IMG/VR virus record: IMGVR_UViG_3300033120_000231
Location: 16,781 to 80,780 of that record
Reading direction: 5' to 3' (one strand)
DNA length: 64,000 nucleotides
DNA from: a virus
Lineage: Duplodnaviria > Caudoviricetes
Of the stretch, positions 7,165-16,871 are shown piece by piece. Under the pieces are notes generated by a model, which saw only the letters and a program-made list of their open reading frames with translations, had not been told where the DNA came from and made no database searches. The translations under genes and the position numbers were made by a program. Positions within the stretch are counted from its first letter, which is position 1; every line of letters starts with the position of its first letter.

Positions 7165-9774
7165 TTAAAACCCGCTTGGCCCGTTCTCTTGTGTCCACTC
7201 ATCTAAATCATGCAGGACATGGTGCTGATTGTCATAATACAAACTGCCACAATCACCAGTCTCGCCCCCAGAACGATTCTTACTCAGAATCAACCGGGTT
7301 GTGTTCCTGATAATCTGGTCTTCATTGTACTTGTCTCGCATCATCATCACAACCCAAGAAGCACTTTTAAAAATTGTACTTGAACCAGTAATAGCCTCTT
7401 CTGGAATGAACGCCCCGGTTGATGCTGCATCTTTGTTGTTACCTGATTTTCGGATATGTGCAATCATCAGAAAGGTGCAATTATAGTTCTTAATCATGCT
7501 TTTGCACCACTTCATGAACTTCGCTTGTTCAGATACATCCAGTGAATCCATGATATCGGACAAAGGATCGAGAATAATAACTTTACAGCCACAAGAAATA
7601 ATAAGTTCTTCGATCTTATCTTGTAAGACCTCTACACTACCATCACGTTCGTCAATCAACATGAAGCGATCATTGCCGTTATCATCTAAGAATAACTCTT
7701 GAGCCTTCTCTTTTACCTTCTCTTGTTTCAAGTATGCTAATTTTTCCTCTGGGTCTTTGATCCGCGAAATCTTATTCTGAATGTGTCTTGAAAGCATAGC
7801 TTGTGCATACTGAGAGCAAGTCAATTCCAGTGAAACAACCCCCACCTTGTGTGGACTGTTGAACAACCAGTAATAGATCAATTCATTTGCAACTGTAGTT
7901 TTAGCTGCACCACTCCCAGCAGCAAAAATACCAATAGTGCCAAGTTCAATTGATCCAATCATTTCATCAAGCTTCTTCATGAAAGATGGTAGCGGAATCT
8001 TTTCTACTAAAGCACTGTCAAGGAGTTTTTCATAGAGTTCAGAACTGCCGACAACCCCAGCAGGAACATAAGTCTTAGCATTATAGAAGTCACTAATGAA
8101 AGACTTCTGATCACCTTTTGTCAAATACTCATTAGCATCCTTGTGCTTCATCTGCATGATCTTGACCTTGGCTTTCGGTAAGACCTTCACAATGCTTTCA
8201 ATAGCTTTCTGCCCCGGTTCATCCATGTCATAGCTAATTATGATCTGTTCAAAGGAGTCAAAAAAAGCATAATTATGCGCAATTTGCTTTGCTGACTGTG
8301 CGCCTGTAGTTGCTGAAACAACTGCTACTTCATAATCACTGCCACGCTTGTCATTGTACTCTTTGAGCATCTGGTATGCCGCTAATGAATCACAATTCCC
8401 AGTGACAGACACCGAATCTCCTTGCTTTACCAGTAAAGTTCCATCAGGCATAGTTAAGCACGCGACCTTACCTGAGTAAGGGTACTTGATAAACCCATTC
8501 TGTGTGTCACTAGTTTGCTTCTTATAAAGAATACTCACCTTATACCAACTATGGGTTTCATCCCTTCGTGGGATAATCGTAGATACAAAACCAGACAAGT
8601 GTGCACAAGTCTGTACAAATTCGGCATTATGTCTGATGATAGTTGAGTACTCAATTTGTTGTCGATTTGGAACACTGTTACCGTCCCAGAATAGCACCTC
8701 CTCTACAATTGTTGCTGCACTTGCTAAGTCCCGTTTGTAGGAAAATTCCTTAGACACATCTAGGCCATGTCCCCTGTGGATAAAAAATGAAGTGTACCCA
8801 CGGTTATCAAGATTAGCACTATAGCGAACCCCTGCCTTATCAAGAAGCATTTTTGCCCGGTCAATTTTTCTTTGCTTTTTCAAGCAACCGTAGATATCCC
8901 CATCTTTACGGAAAGTAAAATCTGCACTGAGCATTACTTGTAGTCTTGCCATCAGATTATCGGTATCTGATTCAAAATTGACAGTCCGTGGCACGGGCTT
9001 GTGCTTCTGAGTGGAATCACCTGCTTTAGCCTTAACCAGTCCGTACTTCTTATCAATTCTGAGCATATTGTGTTCTGGAGTTAAGTCAAGGAAGTAGCTA
9101 CCTGAACGGTACTTTACCATCTCTCCTTCATAATCTTTGTACACTTTTGCCAGTGGCTCAGCGAATATCCCGTTGGCTTGCATCACCTCCCCAGAATCAT
9201 AATCCTCCAGGCTAACCCACCCATTACGGGTGAGCACTTTTGTTGTTGGCAGTAGGCATTCCCCCTCCGTTAAAATAACGTACTTACCACCACGAGGAAA
9301 CCTAAACTGCATGAAGCATTCTGTAGTTGCTCCTGTACGACCAATGCTCTTGAAATCCTTTGGAACTTCACGTACCTTGTAGCCTGTCAATTTGCCTTGT
9401 TGTGTGCAAGGATAGTATTGTTCAATCACAGAGCCATCTTCCTCAGAGAAGCTATGACGTACACCGAAGTAAGATGTAATGCTATCACTCAGGCCACGAT
9501 AGCCATTGCAGCGCGTAGAAGTCTCATCCTTGATCTGTTGTGCTTTCTCTTCCGAGATAGCCTCTTTTTCCTTCACAGGTTTTCCTGTAGTTTCTTGTTG
9601 CATTACTTCCTTTCGTATTTTTGGTTTATTATTTGTGCTGTGTTCTTCCTTAAACTCTTCACTAGGCACCGTCTTTTGACAGACGAAACAATGCGAAGAA
9701 CCATCACTATATACCGCAAGTCCATCGGATGACCCACAGCTAGGACACGCCGTATGTTTAACAAATTCTCCCAA
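7165..9774 (-). CDS. primase-helicase (T7 gp4-like) containing an intein
   Basis: N-terminal Zn ribbon CPSC...CFVC, TOPRIM TEGE..D, DnaB-like helicase (IILDPL, HIRK, ITGSS); 869 aa minus 288-aa intein = 581 aa. Confidence 0.95.
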   Translation of the reverse strand: MGEFVKHTACPSCGSSDGLAVYSDGSSHCFVCQKTVPSEEFKEEHSTNNKPKIRKEVMQQETTGKPVKEKEAISEEKAQQIKDETSTRCNGYRGLSDSITSYFGVRHSFSEEDGSVIEQYYPCTQQGKLTGYKVREVPKDFKSIGRTGATTECFMQFRFPRGGKYVILTEGECLLPTTKVLTRNGWVSLEDYDSGEVMQANGIFAEPLAKVYKDYEGEMVKYRSGSYFLDLTPEHNMLRIDKKYGLVKAKAGDSTQKHKPVPRTVNFESDTDNLMARLQVMLSADFTFRKDGDIYGCLKKQRKIDRAKMLLDKAGVRYSANLDNRGYTSFFIHRGHGLDVSKEFSYKRDLASAATIVEEVLFWDGNSVPNRQQIEYSTIIRHNAEFVQTCAHLSGFVSTIIPRRDETHSWYKVSILYKKQTSDTQNGFIKYPYSGKVACLTMPDGTLLVKQGDSVSVTGNCDSLAAYQMLKEYNDKRGSDYEVAVVSATTGAQSAKQIAHNYAFFDSFEQIIISYDMDEPGQKAIESIVKVLPKAKVKIMQMKHKDANEYLTKGDQKSFISDFYNAKTYVPAGVVGSSELYEKLLDSALVEKIPLPSFMKKLDEMIGSIELGTIGIFAAGSGAAKTTVANELIYYWLFNSPHKVGVVSLELTCSQYAQAMLSRHIQNKISRIKDPEEKLAYLKQEKVKEKAQELFLDDNGNDRFMLIDERDGSVEVLQDKIEELIISCGCKVIILDPLSDIMDSLDVSEQAKFMKWCKSMIKNYNCTFLMIAHIRKSGNNKDAASTGAFIPEEAITGSSTIFKSASWVVMMMRDKYNEDQIIRNTTRLILSKNRSGGETGDCGSLYYDNQHHVLHDLDEWTQENGPSGF
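8395..9258 (-). mobile_element. intein (288 aa) with LAGLIDADG-type endonuclease region
   Basis: Starts CLLPTTKVLT, ends VSVTGN, followed by extein Cys (TEGE|C-D); blocks MLSADF / LFWDGN / AHLSGF. Confidence 0.9.
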
Positions 9775-9775
9775 A

Positions 9776-10111
9776 TTAAACCTCCTTGTCTAACCACTCC
9801 TGAATAGCTCCCGCAGCTTTCTCCAAATGATACAGACGTTCATCTTCATCATCAAAGCAACCCTTCCAACCGTCCTCAAAGCTACAAGAGTAAACTTCCT
9901 CTACACCAACTTCAGGGCAATCAACACGAAGCCTTCCTCCCCGTAAACGAACATACCCTACTTGATATCGCTTACCATCCTTCAACAAAACTACATCGTA
10001 CTGCTCAGGACAATCTCCACAAGTGCAGACGAACTCAAGGTTATCAAATATATAATCAGGGGGATTACTCTCATAGCCTCCGTTAGAATAAATCCTAAGA
10101 TCAATCAGCAT
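9776..10111 (-). CDS. hypothetical protein
   Basis: MLIDLRIYSNGG...; CxCGxCP motif. Confidence 0.65.
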   Translation of the reverse strand: MLIDLRIYSNGGYESNPPDYIFDNLEFVCTCGDCPEQYDVVLLKDGKRYQVGYVRLRGGRLRVDCPEVGVEEVYSCSFEDGWKGCFDDEDERLYHLEKAAGAIQEWLDKEV

Positions 10112-10340
10112 TATGTCCCTCCTTCCCCAGAATAGCCTTATAAGCAAAGTACAAATACTCAATCTCGGAATAATCCAAGTTAAACACATGGTCAGGTTCA
10201 ACTGATGTATAACTCTTACTCTTCACATAGTATCCATTGCCGTTATCCTTGAGAATCAGCAAGTCTTTTACATTAGATGAGTACCCACCCTTGGCTTGAA
10301 CTTTGATTTTGTTACCTTTGATTTTTACTTTAACACTCAT
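10101..10340 (-). CDS. hypothetical protein
   Basis: ORF in operon context. Confidence 0.65.
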   Translation of the reverse strand: MSVKVKIKGNKIKVQAKGGYSSNVKDLLILKDNGNGYYVKSKSYTSVEPDHVFNLDYSEIEYLYFAYKAILGKEGHNAD

Positions 10341-10345
10341 AGCCA

Positions 10346-10690
10346 TTACTCCCATTTACTGTAATAAGGTTTACCTAAAAACACCCATAACTTCTCAGCT
10401 TGTTGCTCTACATCTTGAATTGTACTATTTTCATTCATAATAAAAGTAACATTCAAAGTCATATCTTCTTCTCGTTGAAGCTGTACCTCTGGTTGATAAC
10501 TCATGGGTGACAGTGCAGGGTTGTTTCTATAGAAATCATACTTAGTATTATCCCACGCCCATGCATCAAGGTAATATTTCTTACCTTGAGAATCATCAAA
10601 GCGTTTCTGCAGTAGGAAGTCTGCATTGTTCAGGTTCTGCCCGTCATAACGTCTGTACCCTGCGTCAATCCAATTTTGTGTTGTTAGCAT
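10346..10690 (-). CDS. hypothetical protein
   Basis: ORF in operon context. Confidence 0.7.
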   Translation of the reverse strand: MLTTQNWIDAGYRRYDGQNLNNADFLLQKRFDDSQGKKYYLDAWAWDNTKYDFYRNNPALSPMSYQPEVQLQREEDMTLNVTFIMNENSTIQDVEQQAEKLWVFLGKPYYSKWE

Positions 10691-10693
10691 GTT

Positions 10694-11071
10694 TTACTCC
10701 AAATCTTCTTTTATGATAACCTTCTTTACGACATTCTCCACCTTCCAGTAAGGAAGATTTACATGTTTTTCACACCATGAAAGTAGTAACTCTTCAAGTT
10801 CCTTTTTAGCCTGCTCAGTGCATCCAGAAAAATCATTATCAAATACTTCCCCTATTTCTTCGTATGCACGTTGGTCACAATCTTCAAGAAACCAATCAAC
10901 ACTGATTACATCCTCATATTCCAGTGGATGAGCATCAGCTTCCCAGTATGTAGCTCCAATCAGAGACGAAGCGCAATCTACACCAAGTTGATTTAGAAGC
11001 TGGTATATTACATCACTAAAATCTGTAATATCGAACTCTTCTTCGTTTACGCTGTAGCATTTATTAGTCAT
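10694..11071 (-). CDS. hypothetical protein (acidic)
   Basis: ORF with overlapping stop/start. Confidence 0.7.
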   Translation of the reverse strand: MTNKCYSVNEEEFDITDFSDVIYQLLNQLGVDCASSLIGATYWEADAHPLEYEDVISVDWFLEDCDQRAYEEIGEVFDNDFSGCTEQAKKELEELLLSWCEKHVNLPYWKVENVVKKVIIKEDLE

Positions 11072-11460
11072 AGAAATACCTTCCTATATGCAATTTCGTC
11101 AACAAACATACCCCGAATATACTCAGGAATATGCTTATGCGTTTCAATGATAGCTTCAATATGGGAGGTTTCCATTTCCTTCAGAAGCAACCATTCCAGA
11201 GGTTGTTTACCATCCTTGCCGCGGTTTCCCCAGAAGAACACCTCCCGTTTCTTCTCATGCAAATCACTAGAGTAAACACAAAGATTATCCCAATCTTTTG
11301 ATTGTGAGCCTCCTAATCTTGCGTAATCAATTCCACCATCAAGGAAGTTTCCATCAGAATCTTGCACAAAATCATGTTTGTGCTTTGATTGAAGAACTGT
11401 TCCGTTAGGTGTACGCCAGATATTAGCGATTAGTTTACGATCTTCCATCACCACCACCAA
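11068..11460 (-). CDS. conserved phage hypothetical protein
   Basis: WRTPNGTVLQSKHKHDF...LDGGIDYAR motif, recalled as common in phages. Confidence 0.7.
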   Translation of the reverse strand: MVVVMEDRKLIANIWRTPNGTVLQSKHKHDFVQDSDGNFLDGGIDYARLGGSQSKDWDNLCVYSSDLHEKKREVFFWGNRGKDGKQPLEWLLLKEMETSHIEAIIETHKHIPEYIRGMFVDEIAYRKVFL

Positions 11461-11771
11461 TGAATCAAAATTAACTCTTCTCCTTCTATCTCTGGAGATT
11501 GTTCTTTAACGTACTGAGCAACAATAGGATAATCTTCTTGCAGAGCATCTAGTTCAGTTTTAATCACGTAGTAATCGTTACCCAACTCGTAAGATTTCCA
11601 CATCTCCTTTACTTGATTCTCAACTTCAATAGGACAATCACTCCACTGTGCATCAAGTAACCACACTTTACGAAACCCCTTATTTGTATCTTCTGGGTTA
11701 GGCGTGCTGTTCCACTTATGATGATAAGAACTTGTCTTACCAGACCATTGAATTTTATCTTCCATATCCAT
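11448..11771 (-). CDS. hypothetical protein
   Basis: ORF; ends HWWW. Confidence 0.7.
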   Translation of the reverse strand: MDMEDKIQWSGKTSSYHHKWNSTPNPEDTNKGFRKVWLLDAQWSDCPIEVENQVKEMWKSYELGNDYYVIKTELDALQEDYPIVAQYVKEQSPEIEGEELILIHWWW

Positions 11772-11794
11772 CCCTCACTTTTTCGTTCTGTTTT

Positions 11795-11968
11795 TCAAAC
11801 ATCTCTTACAACCTGCATAACCATTGACGCGGCTTGACAAAGCATCTGTACTTCCATAGGATGCAATTCACTGAACTTTCGCTGCACTCCAAACTTCAAG
11901 GCAAGTGCATCGTACATCCGTTCAATTTCTGATCGGGTGTCTTGTGTGTTTTGTTTATTTTCACTCAT
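11795..11968 (-). CDS. hypothetical protein
   Basis: MSENKQNTQ... start coupled to the upstream stop. Confidence 0.55.
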   Translation of the reverse strand: MSENKQNTQDTRSEIERMYDALALKFGVQRKFSELHPMEVQMLCQAASMVMQVVRDV

Positions 11969-12140
11969 TGATGTACCCCATACTTTGTAATGCTGACAAT
12001 GCAAGCATCCTGACTAATTCATTCACGAAAAATTGAAGTTCCATTGCAGCCTCTTCTGGATTTAATGTACTAAGATGTGTGCCACAGCTATCCCATAACT
12101 CTTGTATCTTTGGTGCAAATTTTGGTTTGATTTCACTCAT
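11961..12140 (-). CDS. hypothetical protein (59 aa, not in ORF track)
   Basis: MSEIKPKFAPKIQELW...; GGAG RBS, ATGA overlap. Confidence 0.55.
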   Translation of the reverse strand: MSEIKPKFAPKIQELWDSCGTHLSTLNPEEAAMELQFFVNELVRMLALSALQSMGYINE

Positions 12141-12601
12141 TTTGATTCTCCTTTAATGTTGATACCATAGTATTCATGATTATTGTCAATCCAATAACTA
12201 TTCCAATGACTACGTTTATCCTCTTCATAATCATCTACGATAGACTTAAATAATCCCTTATATATGTTATTAAATTGTATCTCTGCGGAGTATTTGTACT
12301 TGTTACGATCCTTATAATCTAAAGCATAATTAGTCTTATAAAGCAACCTATTTTTGGAATCTGTATCTGGACAAACAATCTGAAGCTCCCCTTCATTCCA
12401 ATAATCCCCACCAGAACAACCGCTAGGACTAGTATACCAGTGTGTTTGAATAGCTATACAATCTTTAATTTTATGCTTAGAACCACAACCACAATTGAAC
12501 TCCTTACTAGACCTTTCTTTGGCTAAGTTTTTCCTTTGGGTCTTAAGTTCCTTCTCTAAAGCTTTAATCTTATCTTCAGTTGTCATCTCTAACCCTTTCA
12601 T
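12137..12601 (-). CDS. hypothetical protein, Cys-rich (possible Zn ribbon)
   Basis: CGCGSKHKIKDC...C...C. Confidence 0.65.
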   Translation of the reverse strand: MKGLEMTTEDKIKALEKELKTQRKNLAKERSSKEFNCGCGSKHKIKDCIAIQTHWYTSPSGCSGGDYWNEGELQIVCPDTDSKNRLLYKTNYALDYKDRNKYKYSAEIQFNNIYKGLFKSIVDDYEEDKRSHWNSYWIDNNHEYYGINIKGESK

Positions 12602-12899
12602 TAAACTTCCTCTTCAATTCCTCCTGAAAAGCAGGACTCACAACAAACTTCATTGTCATCCCAGCAGGAACTTCATAATCCTTTCCAGTTAACCCTGAGT
12701 GCATCACCCTTGGCTTGCTATATTTTGGACTGAACGTGCCAAAGCCTGTAAGACTAATCTGTTTGCCTTCAAGCATCAATTCTTCAATTGTCTTACGAAG
12801 GATATCCAAGAAGTCTTGACATTCATAAATAGTGTACATCTTTTCAGATGTATTTGACATAGCTTTTGCTAGGTCTTTTGGAAAGAGTTTAGTTGTCAT
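12576..12899 (-). CDS. HU/IHF-family histone-like DNA-binding protein
   Basis: GKQISLTGFGTFSPKYSKPR...GLTGKDYEVPA...KF signature. Confidence 0.9.
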   Translation of the reverse strand: MTTKLFPKDLAKAMSNTSEKMYTIYECQDFLDILRKTIEELMLEGKQISLTGFGTFSPKYSKPRVMHSGLTGKDYEVPAGMTMKFVVSPAFQEELKRKFNERVRDDN

Positions 12900-13123
12900 T
12901 TAATGATAATTTCCATTCCAAGAAGCATTAAAGAGCTATCTTTGTACTTTTCTTCATAGTGTCTTAACCAATATTTAAGATGTTCATCAATCAGGTTAAA
13001 CTCTTCCTTTGTCATTTCAATCCTGTTTGGCCTAATGCCTGTCTTATTCTCATAATCACAAGAAAGAGCAATGGCTTTAGCTATAAGAGCATGAGCATTA
13101 GGCTTTTCGTAGTAGACTTTCAT
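12896..13123 (-). CDS. hypothetical protein
   Basis: ORF with AAGGAG RBS. Confidence 0.65.
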   Translation of the reverse strand: MKVYYEKPNAHALIAKAIALSCDYENKTGIRPNRIEMTKEEFNLIDEHLKYWLRHYEEKYKDSSLMLLGMEIIIK

Positions 13124-13154
13124 ACTTGCACTCCTTTATCGTATTACGCCAATA

Positions 13155-13400
13155 TTATTGGCTAGTCTTATGGCTTCGCCAAGAGTTCTCTCCACCTTCT
13201 TGGAAAGATGCTTCAAATTCTACTACAACTTGTTCAAAAGCTTCCCAGTTGATTTCTTCTACTTCAACTGTATCCCATTGTGAAGGCCAGCAAGTTCCGG
13301 TATCTTCATTATACCAAGACGAGATGTAATTTTCTCTGGCTACAACTGTCTTTACAAAAATCTCTTTCTTACCTCGGAAGAATTCTAGAATTGATTGCAT
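13155..13400 (-). CDS. hypothetical protein
   Basis: ORF in operon context. Confidence 0.65.
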   Translation of the reverse strand: MQSILEFFRGKKEIFVKTVVARENYISSWYNEDTGTCWPSQWDTVEVEEINWEAFEQVVVEFEASFQEGGENSWRSHKTSQ

Positions 13401-13402
13401 GT

Positions 13403-13732
13403 TTATTCCTTAACTAAACAAACAGCCATGGTCTTACCTCCACCCGCGCAATGCACACTCCAACCTTCGTACTCTGGAAAACAGATTGTAGTTATAAATG
13501 ACCCATCTTCTCCATCATCAATCCCCAGTTCAGGGTAGTCAAGTACCTTATTATCTATGAACGCACAGTTGCTGTAACTATTGCAGTAAATTCTACCAGT
13601 TTCACCCCAGCCATCTAGATAAAACGCAGCAATGTTTTCAGAGCGTTTGAGCATATAGCCGTATTCTCCGCATACTGCATCTCCTTGTTGTGTTACAAGG
13701 ACTTTTACTCGGTCTGCATTACTCCATGTCAT
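13403..13732 (-). CDS. hypothetical protein
   Basis: ORF with AAGGAG RBS. Confidence 0.65.
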   Translation of the reverse strand: MTWSNADRVKVLVTQQGDAVCGEYGYMLKRSENIAAFYLDGWGETGRIYCNSYSNCAFIDNKVLDYPELGIDDGEDGSFITTICFPEYEGWSVHCAGGGKTMAVCLVKE

Positions 13733-14173
13733 TTAATTCTCCTTAATTTGAAATTGTCTTGTGATTATACCAGATTGCCTCAGTAAGTCAAGACCAGACG
13801 TATCCCTGTATGTGTCTTGCCACGTTACATGGGTCACACCAGCAGCAATCATGTTTGAACAACAATGTCTGCAAGGAATGTGCGTGACCCACATCTTGGA
13901 GTTCTTTGTGCTTACACCTTCAAGACATGCTTTATTTAAACACTGCTGCTCTGCATGGATTACTTCATTCTTAGTTACAAGTTCCATAGTGAGTTCGTCT
14001 AGGAACTCAAGTTCATTACCAAGCTGCTTCGGAAGACCATTTGTAGCTCCAATCATAACACCAGAGTCAAGTACAAGGCATGCACCTACCTTAAGTCTTT
14101 TACCCTTGGAAAGTCTTGCATGAAGCATTGCTACTCCCATGTATGTCTCATCAATTTGTTGTTGCGTTGGCAT
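13733..14173 (-). CDS. dCMP deaminase
   Basis: HAE...PCRHC zinc-deaminase motif. Confidence 0.9.
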   Translation of the reverse strand: MPTQQQIDETYMGVAMLHARLSKGKRLKVGACLVLDSGVMIGATNGLPKQLGNELEFLDELTMELVTKNEVIHAEQQCLNKACLEGVSTKNSKMWVTHIPCRHCCSNMIAAGVTHVTWQDTYRDTSGLDLLRQSGIITRQFQIKEN

Positions 14174-14483
14174 TATTCTCTTTCTTCTTCATGATACTAA
14201 ACTTAATCGTCGTAATATCATACCCACGAAGTTCAAGTTCCTTGATCAAACTTGGATTCATTTTACTAAATAACGGTGTAGTATGTAAGTCTGGTTGATC
14301 ACATACTACTGCATTATATAAAAGTCTACTATCTCTTTTCATACTTGAATCACCTTGCCAAGCAAAGATAATGTCAGGATTATCATGAGGAAGTCTACCC
14401 CAGTATATCCGAAGTTCACCATCTTTGAGTTTTGGTTTACGAAGTCGTTTCATAACTACGTCCACATTGAGGATAGGTAACAC
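14151..14483 (-). CDS. hypothetical protein
   Basis: ORF; true start probably 14456 (MKRLRK). Confidence 0.6.
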   Translation of the reverse strand: MLPILNVDVVMKRLRKPKLKDGELRIYWGRLPHDNPDIIFAWQGDSSMKRDSRLLYNAVVCDQPDLHTTPLFSKMNPSLIKELELRGYDITTIKFSIMKKKENNANATTN

Positions 14484-15013
14484 CCAAAAAGTCTATGTCC
14501 ATTTTGCATGCGTTTGTTGTGCTCTTGGTACTTATCAAAATCATGATTAGTAGCACCAAACCCATACTTTTCTTCCCAATCAGGGTCAAAACTCCAAATC
14601 ATTTCATCTAGTACCCACGACCACGCTTCTTCGCTATAAGCATCTGTAAAATCCCCAAGTGTACCATAGGTTCCGTGCAATTCTTCTGGTACATCTACTT
14701 TGTCTACCGCTGGTGTTCCATCTTTAGCTTCTTTCAGTTTAATCAGCATTGGATGAATGATGTAGCATAATGTACTGTCCATAGAGAATAAGTCATAATC
14801 GTCAATCCTAACCTTGATCTTGCGTTTCTTTTTGGAATGCAACAACTCACAAATTCTAGCAAATGTAGAATGATTCCCGTTCTTATCTTTGGCTAACCAC
14901 TTACCAAATTGATGCACGCTCTTATCTTCATACTTATCCTTCCAAAACAGAATCAATTTTGCAATTTGGTAGGGGCCATACCACGGAACGTAATCTCCAA
15001 TATGTACTTTCAT
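14456..15013 (-). CDS. conserved phage hypothetical protein
   Basis: WSWVLDEMIWSF...GHRLFGCY motif. Confidence 0.7.
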   Translation of the reverse strand: MKVHIGDYVPWYGPYQIAKLILFWKDKYEDKSVHQFGKWLAKDKNGNHSTFARICELLHSKKKRKIKVRIDDYDLFSMDSTLCYIIHPMLIKLKEAKDGTPAVDKVDVPEELHGTYGTLGDFTDAYSEEAWSWVLDEMIWSFDPDWEEKYGFGATNHDFDKYQEHNKRMQNGHRLFGCYLSSMWT

Positions 15014-15097
15014 TTAAACCCTTTCTAATCAATTATTTACTCATCAAGCTACCAACCCCTTGCCTTGTGTATAAACAAGGCTTGTAGGGGCTATAAA
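15013..15097. repeat. dyad intergenic element E5
   Basis: TTTAAACCC ... TGTAGGGGCTATAAA; central CAAGGGGTTGGTAGC on the minus strand. Confidence 0.45.
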
Positions 15098-15113
15098 AGG
15101 CCTTGTTGAGCCT

Positions 15114-15482
15114 TTAGTTAACTACAACAATCTTATGCTTCAACTTATGCTGCAAAGCAGTTAACTTCTTCAGGTGAGCCTTAACCTCACGGTGCTCTCG
15201 AAAAAGAATATTACGAAGATCGTCACCGACTTCGTACTGAAGTGCTTCTTCTTTGATTTCCTTTCGGACTTGATCTACTACTTTAATATGCTTTGCCATA
15301 ATGTTCTGAAGCAATTGAAGGTCACGTTGGGTAAGGTTTTCAGTACGTTTACTGCTATATGTACTAAAAGTAGGCCAATTACTTTCTACAAAGTCAATAT
15401 CAACAAAACGGCATCCCGGCTCTTTCAGGATAGCAAGAGCATTATGAAAGAAATTACGAATAGATTTAAACGGTTTAAGCAT
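15114..15482 (-). CDS. hypothetical protein
   Basis: ORF with AGGAG RBS. Confidence 0.65.
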   Translation of the reverse strand: MLKPFKSIRNFFHNALAILKEPGCRFVDIDFVESNWPTFSTYSSKRTENLTQRDLQLLQNIMAKHIKVVDQVRKEIKEEALQYEVGDDLRNILFREHREVKAHLKKLTALQHKLKHKIVVVN

Positions 15483-15499
15483 TAGGTTCTCCTTTAAAA

Positions 15500-15913
15500 T
15501 TAAGACAAAGTTACATTAAAAGTCTCTTCAATTTTCATACGAAGAGCACATACTAACCCTTTATCCATGTAGTCATAGTCATCTTCAATGTCCCACACAA
15601 TACTTTTACTTTGTAATTCCTCAAGAAGATCAACATCTGGAATGTTCAACTTAGTCTCTAGTTCATTTTCTGAATTCATAAACACAACCCAATTTGCCCA
15701 TTTAATAAGGTTTGCTGATAAAGGGGTCAAAGCAAGGCGTAAATGACTTCCTGCACTACGAGCATTTATTCCGTATTGACCAGCAATACGGGCTGCTGTA
15801 GGTGAACGTAAAAGTCCAGCTGAACACACGAAAACTACTCTGGTTTCAGCTCCTTGAAATTGGTTGTGAAATGGACAACCGTTTGTCTTAAAAATTTCTT
15901 CTGTCTTAGTCAT
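15500..15913 (-). CDS. low-molecular-weight protein-tyrosine-phosphatase-like protein
   Basis: N-terminal VFVCSAGLLRSPTA (CX5R) and downstream IEDDY. Confidence 0.85.
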   Translation of the reverse strand: MTKTEEIFKTNGCPFHNQFQGAETRVVFVCSAGLLRSPTAARIAGQYGINARSAGSHLRLALTPLSANLIKWANWVVFMNSENELETKLNIPDVDLLEELQSKSIVWDIEDDYDYMDKGLVCALRMKIEETFNVTLS

Positions 15914-15923
15914 GTTTACTCCC

Positions 15924-16526
15924 TTACTTCTTCAAAAGGTTTTCTGATGAGATTTCAACAATTTGTAACAAGCCAGATTTAGTAGACACTGATCCTCCTT
16001 CAGAATAAATCGCATAATTATCTTCCTTAGAGATTATTTTAGGGCCGAACCATACCCCATCAATATACTGCATAACAACCCTCTTCCCAACCAACGTAGA
16101 AACAAAAGGTCGAGTTACTGCAGCTTCAATCTTTGGTTCTGAGAAGAAGAGTGTACGGTTATCTCCTGTGTTACATCTTCCATCTTTGGTGTAAGCCCCA
16201 GTAAAAGTGCTAAATTTCACAAGGATTGGAAACATACAATTTCTAATGTTGGTTACTTCACCAGGCCCGTATACAGTACACCAAACTTTATCGCCAACCT
16301 GAAACTCACCTTGCTTAGTGTTTGTATCTTCTTCCATCTTATCTCCTCGTTTAATAAAACCTAGTGAAATTGGATACCATGCAGTACTTTCACCCTCACC
16401 AATACAAATAACGCCTAGGTGGTGACTTTCACCGATCACTTCAAGAAAATTACTCCACTCTTTTAACTTCACAAAATCACCTATTTTAATACCTTCAATG
16501 TTTGTGATTACATTACTATTCTTCAT
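15924..16526 (-). CDS. hypothetical protein with two SH3/KOW-like units
   Basis: IKIGDFVK and FQVGDKVW starts. Confidence 0.6.
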   Translation of the reverse strand: MKNSNVITNIEGIKIGDFVKLKEWSNFLEVIGESHHLGVICIGEGESTAWYPISLGFIKRGDKMEEDTNTKQGEFQVGDKVWCTVYGPGEVTNIRNCMFPILVKFSTFTGAYTKDGRCNTGDNRTLFFSEPKIEAAVTRPFVSTLVGKRVVMQYIDGVWFGPKIISKEDNYAIYSEGGSVSTKSGLLQIVEISSENLLKK

Positions 16527-16535
16527 CTTATCTCC

Positions 16536-16862
16536 TTAAAACAGTTTATGAAAATCCTTTGGGTAAACCCAAGAAATATCCTTGAAAGCGTGTTTGACTT
16601 CTTTCTTGGTGCAGTAAGTCTTGCCTGAACGAGAGTCCCATTGCCAACCAACGTAAAGACTTGTACTGTTACCCTCTTTGATACCAATGGACGGTTGTTC
16701 AGGATCATAACTCACAACCCACTCTCCTGTCAAGATTCCGTCTATGTCGTAGACAATAGCACCTTCACTCTGTACTTGCTTGATCTTATCAACAAGGGTC
16801 AGAGCATACAAGAATGCTTCATACGAAGTCTTGTTGTGGAACCAGTCTGGCTGTACTTGCAT
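16536..16862 (-). CDS. hypothetical protein
   Basis: ORF with AGGAG RBS. Confidence 0.65.
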   Translation of the reverse strand: MQVQPDWFHNKTSYEAFLYALTLVDKIKQVQSEGAIVYDIDGILTGEWVVSYDPEQPSIGIKEGNSTSLYVGWQWDSRSGKTYCTKKEVKHAFKDISWVYPKDFHKLF

Positions 16863-16871
16863 AATTCACTC

